Of a DNA stretch of 64,000 nucleotides, positions 38,766-52,141 are shown one piece after another. Each line of letters opens with the position of its first letter. Positions within the stretch are counted from its first letter, which is position 1. Position numbers and translations under genes: made by a program. Origin of the DNA: Octopus vulgaris (lineage: Eukaryota); NCBI GenBank assembly GCA_951406725.2, contig OX597822.1:39990001-40054000 (forward strand). Reading direction: 5' to 3'. Under the pieces are notes generated by a model. It did no database searches. It saw only the letters and a program-made list of their open reading frames with translations, and was not told the origin of the DNA.

Positions 38766-39129
38766 TTTATTTTCTCATTAACCTCAAACGTCAGCAGGCA
38801 CTCCAAAAGCCAGCAGAATGGAACGTTGGCGTAAGCTCTCATGTACTCCTTGCAGCCAACAGCTAACTTCTTTCGACTCGTATCTCATCTGGTGCTTTAC
38901 TATCAATATACAAAAGAACAGCAGTTCCCACTGACTTCCTTCTGCATCCCTTTTGCTCCTTTGGCAAGGAATTCTCCTTCTAGAGAAAATTATATAATTC
39001 ATTTGTTATGAGGCTAGTTTAATAATTTCCAGCGGAATGGGGAGCGTGTAATAAATCTATAATTACTTACTTCCTGCCTTTTCTCCATGTCCTATATTAC
39101 CGCTGTTTTTATTTTTACTATCCATATTG

Positions 39130-39440
39130 GCGTTCTATTTTCTATACAGTCACTAAGAAATTAATGTAAATAACTGTGCATATTTGAGGGATTTTTTAAA
39201 GTCAGATACCCTGAACATCATCTGGTCCAGGGGTTTTCCAATTTGGTATTTTTCTTAAGAATTTCTTTCATTTCCTCATCTATAATATCATACTTTGCTA
39301 TTTTGATCTATATTCCATTTCCCTTTGAAATAGTCCACTTCCCTGTTATATTAAAATTCTTTGCTCCAAATATCAGACCAAATGTTCCTTGCTATTTTAG
39401 CATCTGGCATATCGTTCCTCCGATGTTCTTAATCATTGTT
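39130..39440 (-). mobile_element. Pre-RT fragment of an RLE retrotransposon
   Basis: Minus strand IWSDIWSK...KIPNWKTPGPDDVQG. Confidence 0.55.
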
Positions 39441-39462
39441 CAGCTGTTAGAAAAAAATTTCC

Positions 39463-39507
39463 TTTCTTCTTCTTCTTCTTCTTCTTCTTCTTCTTCTTCT
39501 TCTTCTT

Positions 39508-39540
<33 letters not shown>

Positions 39541-39551
39541 GTTGTTGTTAA

Positions 39552-39606
<55 letters not shown>

Positions 39607-39704
39607 ACTATTATTATTATTATTATTAGTAGTAGTAGTAGTATTTGTAGTAGTAGTAGTAGTAGTATTAGTAGTTGTATTAGTATTATTATTAGTAGTA
39701 GTAA

Positions 39705-39765
<61 letters not shown>
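39463..39765. repeat. Compound trinucleotide array (TTC)(ATT)(AGT)
   Basis: Seen directly. Confidence 0.95.
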
Positions 39766-39766
<1 letters not shown>

Positions 39767-40160
39767 AGACGGCGAGCTGGCAGAAACGTTAGCACGCCGG
39801 GCGAAAAGCTTGGCGGTATTTCGTATGTCGCTACGTTCTGAGTTCAAATTCCGCCGAGGTCGACTTTGCCTTTCATCTTTCGGGATCGATTAAATAAGTA
39901 CCAGTTACGCACTGGGGTTGATATAATCGACTTAATCCAGTTGTCTGTCCTTGTTTATCCCCTCTGTGTTTAGCCCTTTGTGGGTAGTAAAGAAATGGGT
40001 ATTTCGCTCGTCGCTACGTTCTGAGTTCAAATTTCGCCGAGGTCTACTTTGCCTTACATTCTTTCGGGGATCGATAAAATAAGAACCAGTTAAACACTGG
40101 GGGTCGATGTAACCGACTCGTCCCCATCACCCCCGTGCAGCCTTAGTGACAAAAATTTGA
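39767..40160 (+). mobile_element. SINE family 2, dimeric
   Basis: Full copy plus a second 3' half, followed by a trinucleotide tract. Confidence 0.8.
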
Positions 40161-40166
40161 GATAAT

Positions 40167-40197
<31 letters not shown>

Positions 40198-40260
40198 GCA
40201 ACAACAACAACAACAATAATAATAATGATAATAATCATTATTATTATTATTATTATTATT

Positions 40261-40815
40261 GAGTGAGAGAGCAGTTCATGCCATCAAAGTGACACTGGGG
40301 TAAAATATATGAAGCCCAATATACCCATCATGACTACCTGTCTGATAAAGGTACACCAGGCACATGCATCACAACCATATGTGCGCGACATGGTGATCTC
40401 ATATCAAGATAAACAGCACATGACCTTGCAGGTGGGGCCCAGTTAGAATTTTCTTCAGGTTGAGTAGCCCATCCCGCTCAAACGGTCCCTGAATAAGGGT
40501 TGTTTAAGGATGTTGAAAGAACCACCCATGTTTCCAGAGGTGAACTATTCAAACCCCAAAGAATCTCTCTCAACACATGGCTATGATGCTCCCCCACTAC
40601 TTCTGCTCGTGATCAGAGATGCACATATCGTCAGCCACTAAGGGATATGGTCAACTGGTTAAGGTCAAACAACTGACAAGCAAATCTGTGGTATTGAGCA
40701 GAATATTTGCTGTAGCCCATCTTTTATACCAAGACAAAACAATGTACATGATAACACTTCCAATCAGTTAAGATCAGAAGCCATGAGAGCCACTGCCTGG
40801 TACTGCATCAGAGCT
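40261..40815 (-). mobile_element. ~560-bp element, copy 5
   Basis: Same termini, (TTA)n flanks. Confidence 0.85.
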
Positions 40816-40919
40816 AATTATTATTATTATTATTATTATTGTTACTAGTTAATCAGGAAGACCAACATCTGACAATTTTTTTCAAAGCGCCTCACGATTC
40901 AGTGTATAAAATGCTAGGT

Positions 40920-41340
40920 CAAGTCGAAAACTAAATAAGTGTATACATTTCTTGCATACGTTCCTGTATTCTGGGCACACTTTTGAATAGGCAGAAGCAT
41001 GAACTCCCTATATTGACATATAAAGAAACTTGAAACCTTTCACATGTACTGTCTATATCTGCAACAGAAAATGGCAAGAAAAATAGCAAGATGAAATATC
41101 AAATGTCGAAATCTTAGCAAATTATGATAGTTCTGGTGTCAAAAGTATACTGCTGAGAATTCTGTGTAAATGGGTAGAACATGTTCGAAAGAAAGATTAC
41201 CGTATTCCGGAAATTCTTTTGTATGGCCAGCAAGTGGAAGGATCCCGCGGTAAAGGCAGACCCGTCCTTAGCTATAAGGATAAGTTAAAGCAATCGCTAA
41301 AGTCTCTACAGAAAATCATTGCCTGGATCAATCTGCCAGG
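40920..41340 (+). mobile_element. RTE-clade LINE 3' fragment
   Basis: HVR...RIPEILLYGQQVEGSRGKGRPVLSYKDKLKQSLK is the typical RTE C-terminal G-R--GRP--YKD motif. Confidence 0.7.
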
Positions 41341-41747
41341 CGTAAAATATGTCCTGATGCATCAAAACAACGAGTTGTAGTAACAGAAATATAACAGAAT
41401 TATATCTTACAATCATCCGACACATTTGTCCAATCCCAGACAAAATAGAAAAAATCAACAGTGTCTCCATTGTAACTTCATAGCAAAATCTATATCTGTC
41501 GCTCAAATTACGTTCGTGCATACATCGCAAGCAGACGCAAACTCTTTTATTTTTCAAATTATTTTGTCTTATCTTTTCTCACCCTTTTCTTTCTAATTAA
41601 ATTTTCTCCTGCAAACACTCATACACCGTCGAAATTGACGCGAGAGACCATCAACATTATCATCACCATCGTCGTTGCCGTTGTTGTTATTGTTATTGTT
41701 GTTGTTGTTGTTATTATTATTATTATTATTATTATTAGTTTTATTAT

Positions 41748-42955
41748 TCAGTAGTCTTTGTTTTTATCACGTGCTTTCACTGCCTGCCTAACGTGTGCTT
41801 TGGGTATGTGCTGTGGTTTGTTACGATGTTCTCATTTTCACTGTATTGAAAGTGCTTTACGTAGGATGTGTGCGGTGCCTAGTAGTGCTATGTTATAAGT
41901 CCTGTTATTTTTGTTATGTATTTTATCTGAATATATTTCATCATACCTAATGCGCTTACTATGATAGAAATTGTTTCCGTTTTTAGGCCCCACATTCAAG
42001 TTACCTCTGTTTCCAGATCTTTGTATTTTAAAAGTTACTCCGTTTCTTTTAAGGAAACGTTGTTATCTGTTGGTATTGATACATCGATTAGAAAGCATTG
42101 ATGCATCGAGTTTTTTGGTGATCTCTGATAACTATATCCGGCCTTTTGGCCTTAATTTCTCTATCTGTGTGCTTTGGCATATTCCAGAGTATGGATGCTT
42201 TCTCATTTTCTGTGACCTTTTCTGGGGTGTACCTATACCATCTTTTTTTCTGTTGTTATTCCATAGTGTTGGCCTAGCTTCCAGTATTTATAGATCCCAA
42301 CTCTGTCGTGTCTGTGAATATATTCCTTCTTAGCCAGGACTGGGCAGCCAGAGACAATATGGTTTATTGTTTCTTGTCCATCTCCACATATTCTGCAGTT
42401 ACTTGTTATATTTCTTTTCATTATATGTTTTTGGTAATTTCTGGTGAGGAGGCTTTGGTCTTGTGCTGCAATTAAAAATCCTACAGTCTCTGCGTTGAGT
42501 CCTGAGCTTCTCAGCCATTGTTGGGATTTTGCTTTGTCTATTTCCAATATTTGTCATGAAAGGGCTTTTCTTGCCATTGTTTTATCATGATCCATTGCTG
42601 TTCCAGTTTTAGTTTGGATTTCAGTTGTTGTACAGCTTTTGTTGTTTCTTCTTTTTCTTCACAGTTGTTAGGTACTATGTCTTCTCTTTTGTATTTGTCA
42701 GCTTTCTTACAGACAGAAAACAGTTCTTTTGTTTTGTTCGTGTTTTATGGCTATTTGTATTAGTTTTCCTTGCTTCTGAGGTTGGAATTTCTGTAGCCCT
42801 ATGGTGGTTATTTTGTAATTATTTTCTAGCTGTATAAGGCCTCTACCACCTTCGATACGTTGTATATATAGCCTTTCGATGCCAGTTTTGGGTGGTGCAT
42901 CCTAAATTCTAGCATTATCTTTCTTGTTTATCTGTCTATTTTGATTAGTTCATTT
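41748..42955 (-). mobile_element. Degraded 3' 1.2 kb of family B retrotransposon
   Basis: ORF 42233-42547 (QWLRSSGL...CRICGDGQETINHIVSGC...RHD) is nearly identical to the family B protein, and the 3' end is the same. Confidence 0.85.
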
Positions 42956-43017
<62 letters not shown>

Positions 43018-43081
43018 TACCACCACCACCACCACCACCACCACCACCACCACCACCACCACAACCATTATTATTATTTTT

Positions 43082-43635
43082 GAGTGAGAGAGCAGTCCAT
43101 GCCATCGAATGACACGGGTAAAATATACGAAGCCCAGTATACCCATCATGACTATCCATCTGATAAGGGTACACTAGGCACATGCATCACATTCATATGT
43201 ACGCGACATGGTGATCTCGTATCAAGATAAACAGCACATGACCTTGCAGGTGGGGCCCAGTTAGAATTTTCTTCTAGTCGAGTAGCTCATCCTGCTCAAA
43301 AGGTCCATGAATAATGGTTGCTTAAGGATGTTGAACGAAAAGCCCATGTTTCCAGAGGTGAATTATTCAAACCCCAAAGAATCCCTCTCAACACATGGCT
43401 ATGATGCTCCCCCACTACCTCTGCTCGTGATCAGAGATGCACATATCGTCAGCCACTAAGGGACATGCACAACTCGTTATGGTCAAACAACTGACGAAGC
43501 AAATCTGTGGTATTGAGCAGAATATTTGTTGTAGCCCATCTTTTATACCAAGACATAACAATGTACATGATAACATTTCCAGTCAGTTACGATCAGGAGC
43601 CATGAGAGCCACAGCCTGTTACTGCATCAGGGCAT
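43082..43635 (-). mobile_element. ~560-bp element, copy 6
   Basis: Same termini, (TTA)n flanks. Confidence 0.85.
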
Positions 43636-43674
43636 TTATTATTATTATTATTATTATTATTATGATTATTATCA

Positions 43675-44035
43675 TCACCTCCGCCTTAGCGAAAGCGGAC
43701 GTATTGTTTTCAGTCGTGTTTGTTTGTTTGTCCGTGGATAAGATATCTCAAGAACCGCTGGATAGATTCGGAGGAAACTTTCAGGGATGTTTGGCCTGAT
43801 GACTTGCACAAACTTATTGCATTTCGGGATCGATCCGGAACCGGACAATGATTTTTGATTATTTTTCCTCTTTTGTTACTTAATTTTTGAGAGCGGTCGG
43901 GTTCATTTATAGTATTCTTGTTTGTGAGAGCAGTCGAGTATATTTCAGATATTTCTATTTTAATAATCATCTCTGGCTAATCATTGAGAGGACGTTGGTG
44001 TTGCCTTGGCGGAGGTTTGCTCTGTTTGAGTGTTC
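43675..44035 (+). mobile_element. Helentron-associated non-autonomous element (HINE/DINE-1-like)
   Basis: 5' acctccgcc with short palindrome, (gttt)n, subterminal inverted ggcggaggt at 44008-44016, then 3' hairpin gctc-tgttt-gagt and TT. Confidence 0.75.
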
Positions 44036-44108
44036 TTCTTCTTCTTCTTCTTCTTCTTCTTCTTCTTCTTCTTCTTCTTCTTCTTCTTCTTCTTCTTCTT
44101 CTTCTTCT

Positions 44109-44151
<43 letters not shown>

Positions 44152-44152
44152 C

Positions 44153-44236
<84 letters not shown>

Positions 44237-44260
44237 CATTATTATTATTAATATTATAAC

Positions 44261-44311
<51 letters not shown>

Positions 44312-44329
44312 CATTATTATTATTATTAT
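44033..44329. repeat. Compound trinucleotide array (TTC)(ATC)(ATT)
   Basis: Seen directly. Confidence 0.95.
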
Positions 44330-44494
44330 TTTCTATGAAATATTTCTTTATACGGATGTGTAAGAATCCGTCGGCAATAAAGAAATTATTATCTGTTATA
44401 ATTTTCTAGCATCATTTTATATCACCTCTGTGTTTCTATCTCTGTCTGCCTGTCTGCCAATCTACCTGTCTGCCTGCCTGACTAGCTTTTATCT

Positions 44495-44870
44495 TTTTAT
44501 CTTATTCTCGTTTCAGCCATTAGACTGCGGCCATACTGGGGCACGGCTTTGAAATATTCTAGTCGATCCCAGTACTTATTTTAGGCTCTTTTTTATCGAA
44601 CACACACACACACACACGCGCGCACACACAGACTCATACACAGACAGACATACACACACAGACACGCTCACACACATATGTGTATATATATATATATATA
44701 TATATGGCGGGCTTCTTTCAGTTTCCGTCTACCAAATCCACTCACAAGGTTTTAGTCGGCCCGAGGCTATATTAGAAGACACCTGCTCATGTTGCCACCC
44801 AGTGGGACTGAACCCAGAGTCATGTGGTTCGGAAGCAATCTTCTTACTAGACAGCCACACCTGCACTTGC
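44495..44870 (-). mobile_element. SINE family 1
   Basis: Reverse-complement match with an internal deletion. Confidence 0.72.
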
Positions 44871-44889
44871 GATGGTTTCTTGCATTTCT

Positions 44890-45165
44890 GTTTTACTATT
44901 ATACTCCATGTAGCATGTGGGCAGTATTTGGTGGTGAGATTTCCTCCATGTTTAATACATGTTCAGGTTTTGATATACTTTACATAAAGTGTGCAGTACC
45001 GAACGATTCCAGAACCTCTAGTTTCCGAATAGACATGGCGTCTAGGAGCTAGCCACTATACACCCGAGATTCATTAATCTTTCCCTTTCTACAGAGACCT
45101 CTTCTAATCTTTTGAAACATACTACAGAGTGCACCAGTTTCAAGAGTGGCAACATTATCACCCTG
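44890..45165 (-). mobile_element. Possible very degraded RLE retrotransposon 3' end
   Basis: Minus strand VATLETGAL...FGTAHF, weak resemblance only. Confidence 0.3.
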
Positions 45166-45460
45166 ATCTTTTTGCTCTATCGAATTCGTTTCTGCTGTCT
45201 CTAAAATAATGGAGACCACTGTTAACAACGTCCTTCATCACACACACACACACACACACGCGCGCACGCTGATGCGCAGGGAATTCTGTCTGTTTGTCGA
45301 TCTGTAAATGACCACCAGAACAATTTCTGTAATCCGGATCGACAGCTGACCTATTCTCCCCTGTCACCACTCGGATATCACAACAGAACACAGTTTGATA
45401 TACTTTGTAATATATTATGGTTGCATAACAAAATACGATACCACCACACGTCATTAATAA

Positions 45461-45850
45461 TCTGGATAACTATAAAACTTTCGACAGGGTCTGTCTTATG
45501 AATCCCTTATCAAAACTTCCCATCTCTCATACCTTCCTATCAGATTGCACTATAACCGCAACTGTTGTCGGACTCTTTCTTATATCTCATTCTATTAACT
45601 CCGGCATTATCCAAGGTTCGGTTTTGAACCATACTCATATCTTTCTAGACATCAGTGATAGTCTCCTATCAAATCGCGCTGTTGCCGAGTATGTTGATGA
45701 AGTTCTTTCTAATTATTCATCCTTTTAACTCCGACATTTCCCAGGTTTCTGTTTTGTCTCACACTCATATCTTTTCAAACATCAATAACTTGCTAACACA
45801 TTCAACAACATTCACTCTCACGCAGAGGAAACTACATATCACTCCTCTCT
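45461..45850 (+). mobile_element. CR1/L2/Jockey-type RT fragment with internal tandem duplication
   Basis: LDNYKTFDRV...INSGIIQGSVL...DISD is followed by a second FNSDISQVSVLSHT...NINNLL. Confidence 0.6.
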
Positions 45851-46074
45851 AATTATTCTCGACCATGTTTTATCTACTCACAACTTAACCACCACACGTC
45901 TAACGCATTTATTCCATGTTCAGAGAATCCGAAAGTATCTTTCAATGTGAAACTGCTAATAGCATCCTCTGATGCTAGTCCAGTTTCTTTCATCAGCAAG
46001 AGACTGCTACAACATTATTCATATCAAGGAAATATAATCGCACCACACACACCTTTATCATTCAAGGAATGATA

Positions 46075-46195
46075 TCTAGACAGGGGTAATTAACATTAAC
46101 GTTATACATATCAAAAGCCTTGAAGCATTTCTGTCTGCATGAGGCATTTTGTTTTTCAAATAGAAATAAAGAGTCCCTCGTGATGTTTATTTACA
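46075..46195. repeat. ~120-bp direct repeat, copy 1 (copy 2 at 47463-47580)
   Basis: tctagacagg...cttgaagcatttct...ttttcaaatagaaataaa...agtccctc is present twice, about 1.39 kb apart. Confidence 0.8.
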
Positions 46196-47579
46196 ACCCT
46201 GAAAATCGCACCATTTGAGGGGTCTCGCTATCACTGAGAGTTTCTCCTAGTAAAATTAAGTACTCAACATAGCTAGAACAGCATCCTAATGACTGGCTCG
46301 GCTCTTTAAGGCCATAAGCACTCGACAATTACTTATGAGTATATTCAGGTGGGCGTAGTCCAAATTAATTAATATTTAGTTATAGTTCATTCTCAGCAAA
46401 ATAAATAGATATAAAATACCTCGGTTAAACGAAGATGTTTAATGTTGTTGTGGCGGGGCAGTAGTGAGTCCGAACGCTCATTGTTAATAGATGTCTAAAA
46501 TTCATTAGCACATCAGTCAGTTCATGTGACGTAGTAGAACCAGCATATGGACGAATTCTGCATGCTGTTGCTACTGCCCAGTATTGTTGAACAGCAGTGA
46601 TGTCGGAACAATACTATTGTAAGAGTGATCTTTCTTGGTCTTATTAGAAATTCAAGTAAATCAGCTTATAATAAGCCACTAAGGAACAGCATTAGTAGCA
46701 GAAGTATTTAAGTAGACTCTTCTTGCTAAAGGATACGTTTGACTGTTTCCAGCATCTCAGAGAAACAATGACAACCGATGCATGTTCAGGACAAATAAGG
46801 ATGGAAGAACGCAGCTCGGATAACGGACAAAATCAACGACTATTGAAAAGGAAAAATTAATAAGTAAATGAATGGAAACTTTACCGGTGAGTGTGTTAAA
46901 TAATAAGACACTAAAAGAGAATGACTCTACCAAGACTCAACAAAAGTTGTCAAGTATGTTCCAGGCTATTTCTATAGGCAGAACAATGGGTTGGATTTTC
47001 TCTCAAAGACTCGTAAATGACAGGTAAAGCTTCCCTTGGAATCGTTGGTTGTAATTCATTTATAGTTTCTAGAGACACCATTAGGTGGACTAAAAATCTG
47101 CCCTAAAATCAACACTAGAGAAAGAAAAAATTCTTAAGCGGATTAGTTGATTTACCTTGGTCGTATCAGGTGCGTGCATGAATAGAGACTATGTAATTAT
47201 AGCTGTTTTTCCAGTTGATAAAAAGGGCATAATTATATCATTCATTGTGAAGGCCACAATAAAATATTGTTCTCATATCGGGATTGTGTTATTACTGCAT
47301 TCACAGACATCTGAGGTGGAATCCAGAAAAGGATCATAAGTTTGACTGGCAAAAATCACTGATAATATACTCCGGCTTCTGACACACCGATGCACAATAC
47401 AATTTCATCTTTCTCTGACTTTGCAGGTAGGTAAATGAAATCCTCCTGTTTCAAAGAACGAAATCTAGACAGGAGTAATTAATGTTAACGTTATACACAT
47501 CAAACAACTTGAAGCATTTCTATCTGCATGAGACATTTTGTTTTTCAAATAGAAATAAAAAAAGTCCCTCCTTATGTTT

Positions 47580-47785
47580 ATTCTTTTATTCTTTTACTTG
47601 TTTCAGTCATTTGACTATAGATATGCTGGAGCACCGCATTTAGTCGAGCAAATTGACCCCAGAACTTATTCTTTGGAAGCCTAGTACTTATTCTATCGGT
47701 CTCTTTTGCCGAACCGCTAAGTTACGGGGACGTAAACACACCAGCATCGGTTGTCATGTGATTTGGGGGAACAAAAACACACACA

Positions 47786-47857
<72 letters not shown>

Positions 47858-48020
47858 CATATAACAGGCTTCTTTCAGTTTCCGTCTACCAAAACCGCCC
47901 ACAAGGCTTTGGTCGGCCCGAGGCTATAGTACAAGACACTTGCCCAAGGTGCCACGCAGTAGGACTGAACCCGGAACCATATGGTTGGTAAGCAAGCTAC
48001 TTACCACACAGCCACTCCTG
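47580..48020 (-). mobile_element. SINE family 1
   Basis: Reverse-complement full copy. Confidence 0.82.
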
Positions 48021-48796
48021 TTTGTAGATATATCTTTTAACTTTTATTTTTTACTTGTTTACACTCATTGAACTGTGACCATACTGTGACACTGTCTTGA
48101 AGGTGATATTGAAGCTAAAGAAATCTTCTAACCAACACAACCAGAAGCATAATCGATGATGCATTTCAACATTCACGAATGAATTTGTCTTTCTAGAAAA
48201 CTGCAAATATTACAGCAGCCTGTTGTATTAATTATTAAGGAATGAACTTCTAGCTTGCTAGAACTTCGACTTGCTAGGTTTAATTCATTATCCGATAATA
48301 CTAGATAACATTATTTCATAATTTTATTAAATTCTGAAGAGGTGTTAAATACAAACAAGGAGGATCACTCTTATCCATTGCGTCAGAAATATTCTCCATT
48401 CTACAACCGTTCACTATTTTTCAAACACTACAACGTTTAGCTTTTGCCTTAGAGTTGGCCTTAGTATGCGAGCTGATCTGACTAATATTGTTGTTAAGAT
48501 AAAACTTACTTGGAAAAGGATGCGTGGCGTTCGATCATATAATAATATAAATAATGTATAAATATATGCATATATACATACATATATATACATACCTACA
48601 TATATACGTATATATACATGCATATAACGGTACAGGACATAAAAAAAAACGTTGAAAACAATGAGAAAACATAAAAACAAAACCATAGAAACGAGCTTTT
48701 TTTCGAACAAAAAAAACCCCAGAGAAACGAGACATACAACATAAAGAATATTCCACTTCTTCAGTTGTCCCTGTTTCAACTACTCATTTCGAAGGC

Positions 48797-49104
48797 GTTG
48801 TTGCTTGTTCCTTCTCGAGCCATGCCTGGCTCATAAGGGTCGGTTTCCCAGTTTCTTTGGCGTATAGGTTCCCCTCCTGGACGGAACACTCGTCCATCAC
48901 AGGTGATATGCTAGAGGCAGGAGGAAAGAGTGAGAGAAAGTTGTGGCAAAAAAGTCAGCAGAAGTTCGCCATTACCTTCTGCTGGAGCCGTGTAGAGCTA
49001 AGGTGTTTCGCCCATAAATACATACAATGCCTGGTCTGTGATTCGAACTCGCGATCCCTCGACCGCGAGTCCGCTGCTCTAACCACTAGGCCATGGGCCT
49101 CCAC
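48797..49104 (-). mobile_element. tRNA(Arg)-like SINE (family 4)
   Basis: Minus strand ggcccatggcctagtggttagagc...gagttcgaatc head. The tail gaaactgggaaaccgacccttatgagcc ends in (aac)n. Confidence 0.75.
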
Positions 49105-49338
49105 GATCTGACTAATAGCACGGACATCGCATGTCGCTTAACGACAAATAGCTACGTATAGATCTCACGGCTGTCTTACCGTTTGGAAGCATCTGAACAA
49201 GCAAGCGTACAGTCCTCCTTTGTGAAATGTTGGGTAATTCGAATCTAAATCACAAACAATTAATACGAATATTTAGCCTCAAAGGCATGTATTGAGTACT
49301 ATTTCGGTTCGTTTGTACGCTCTCCCTCTGCCTGTCAC

Positions 49339-49409
<71 letters not shown>

Positions 49410-49436
49410 CAACTTATCAAAATTTTCTGTTTGTGA

Positions 49437-49568
<132 letters not shown>

Positions 49569-49727
49569 ATGTCCGTGTAATATATGCGAACATAAAAGCA
49601 TACACATACACACATAAATATACATATACTTTCATATATGCATACCTATATACATACATGCACACACACACGCTAGATATATAAATCATATCTAGTTATC
49701 CAGTTATATTTCCCGTATTTTTCATTG

Positions 49728-49767
<40 letters not shown>

Positions 49768-50359
49768 CCACGCCGTTGTTCCGCTCCACATCTATCCATT
49801 ACATAATTTATATCTCATCCCACATTTGTCATCGTCTCCTCCACCTTCTCCTCACTCAATTATAATGTTAAAGTTAGCCGAGTATCTTATTGTAATCTGT
49901 GAAGGCCTAGGCTTTTTAAAGTTGGTGGGTGTTGATGGCTGGGGAAGGTGGTGGTGGTGGTGGTGGTGGTTTGACGGCGGCGGTTTTTGGTAAGAGCGGA
50001 TATCCTGAGAATATGGGACAAGTTTTGGCAGAAACTGAGGATGCGTGGGAGCAAACGTTACTATTGTGCCATTGGCAAAAAGAAATCAGGTTAGATTCAT
50101 ATATTATGATGGTGACAAAATTAACAATTCTTTTGAAGAAATCTGGCGCCGCAGGTTTCTGGAGTTGCCGTGTGGAACTAACTATGAAAAAAAAAACCCT
50201 AAAAGACCTCCCAAAAATTCAAACAACGATAACCAAGCAACATTAGTGAGGTCGTAAATCTTTAACAAAAGTAAAATGAAATAAAATAAACTTAAAAATA
50301 AAATTTTTAAAAATGAAAATATATATAAAAAAATTTAAAAATACTAAAATCATATGCGC

Positions 50360-50654
50360 CACCATCTCCACCATCACTACCACCAACGTCGTTATCGTTG
50401 CTATTATCATCATCATCATCATCATCATCATCATCGTTATATCATGATCGTCATATCATCATCATCGTCGTCATCATCATCATCGTCATCATCATCATCA
50501 TCATCATCATTACCATTTAGCTTATCTTGCAACTTCAATAGCTACTACTGCTACTACTAATACTGCTACTGCTGCTGCTGCTACTACTACTACTACCACC
50601 ACCACCACCACCACCACCACCACCACTACTACTAATACCACCACCACCACCACC

Positions 50655-50719
<65 letters not shown>

Positions 50720-51230
50720 AACCGTTTCTGCTGCCGCTGAATTTACAAGTTCCACATTCGTATAAATACACACGCATACATATAAAGAAATATAGGGAGA
50801 AAGAGAAAAAGAGTGAGAGAGAGAGAGAGATAGAAAGAGATGCATATAGATACACATAGAAAGATGCACAAGCACATACAAAAATTAACACACACACACA
50901 CACATATATATACACACACAGCAAGATGCATTGATACACATGTTTACGTTCATATGCGAATACATATAAAGAGAGGGAAAGGGAGAGAGAGACAAGGAGA
51001 GAGAGGTGACGGAGTGAGTGAGTGAGAGAGAGAAAGAGAGAGAAAGTGAAAGAGAGAGAAAGAAATAAAGTGAGAGAGAAAGGGAGGGAGAGAGAGAAGG
51101 TGAGAGAGTGAGCGAGAGAGAGAGGAAGAAAGTGAAAGAGAAAGAGAGAGAGAAAGGGAGGGAGAGAGAGAAGGTGCGAGAGTGAGCGAGAGAGAGAGAG
51201 AAATAAAGAAAAACAAAGTGAGAGAGAGGT
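50360..51230. repeat. Low-complexity block: (CAT)n, (CTA/CCA)n and GA-rich purine tract
   Basis: Seen directly. Confidence 0.9.
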
Positions 51231-51233
51231 TAT

Positions 51234-51500
51234 GTGTAACAAAGAAACGTTGCGTCAAGTGTAACAAGACAGCACCGTGTTGAGTGAGACTGGGTAACGT
51301 TATAATCGGTGTAACAGAGCAGCGTTGTGTTGAGTGTAACAGGACAACGTTGGATTTGGTGTAATAGAATCTCATTGGGGTAGGTGTAACAAAGAAACGT
51401 TGTCAGATGTAACAGGAGAACGTTGTGTCAGGTGTATCAGGTCAACGGTGTGTTGGGTGTAACAAAACAGCGTTGGTTTAACGCTGGGTGGAATGTAACT
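51234..51500. repeat. Degenerate 25-bp minisatellite, ~10 units
   Basis: gtgtaaca recurs at ~25-bp spacing, consensus approximately GTGTAACAGGACAACGTTGTGTTAG. Confidence 0.75.
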
Positions 51501-51848
51501 GGACAAGGTAGAGTTCAAAATGTTAAAATGTGGGTTTTCAATGTTGGTTGTGGATAATTTTGAAAATAGATTTGAATTTTGGAATTGATAGAGGTGGGGA
51601 GAAAGGGTTAATTCTATGAACGGGGTGCAGGATTAGATTTCAGAAATTAACATCGGATTAAATATAAGATTCTGCACAGGAATAAGGATGAGTGGTGAGG
51701 GATTAAAACTGAATTTTGGCTTGCTAAATGAGAGATTTATTTTCTGATCGAAACATATCTGTAGAAAAGGGTTCAAATTAGGTTTGTGGTTAGTTAAGGT
51801 TTACAGTCAGGGTTGATCGTTAGTATATTATATGATAATAACAATAAT

Positions 51849-52061
51849 GGTTTTAAATTTTGGCACAAGGCCAGCAATTTTAGGGGAGGGAATGAGTCGA
51901 TTACATCGACCCCAGTGTTCAACTATTACTTATTTTAACGACCTTAAAAGGATAAAAGGCAAAGTCGACCCTGGCGGAATTTGAACTCAGAACGTAGCGG
52001 TAGACAAAATGCCAACAAGTGTTTTACTCGGCGCGATAACGATTCTCTCCAGTTCACCACC

Positions 52062-52063
<2 letters not shown>
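51849..52063 (-). mobile_element. SINE family 2
   Basis: Reverse-complement copy abutting (AAT)n. Confidence 0.75.

Positions 52064-52140
<77 letters not shown>

Positions 52141-52141
<1 letters not shown>

Noticed and set aside
48630-48795. ctgaaga and gaaac motifs on the minus strand
   Set aside because: I could not assemble helices II and III in the right order.
49030-49104. tRNA-Arg gene
   Set aside because: Acceptor and anticodon stems do not pair properly, and the sequence continues into a SINE body and tail.
51234-51500. CRISPR-like periodicity
   Set aside because: The unit is only 25 bp, the variable parts are related to each other, there are no cas genes and the context is eukaryotic.
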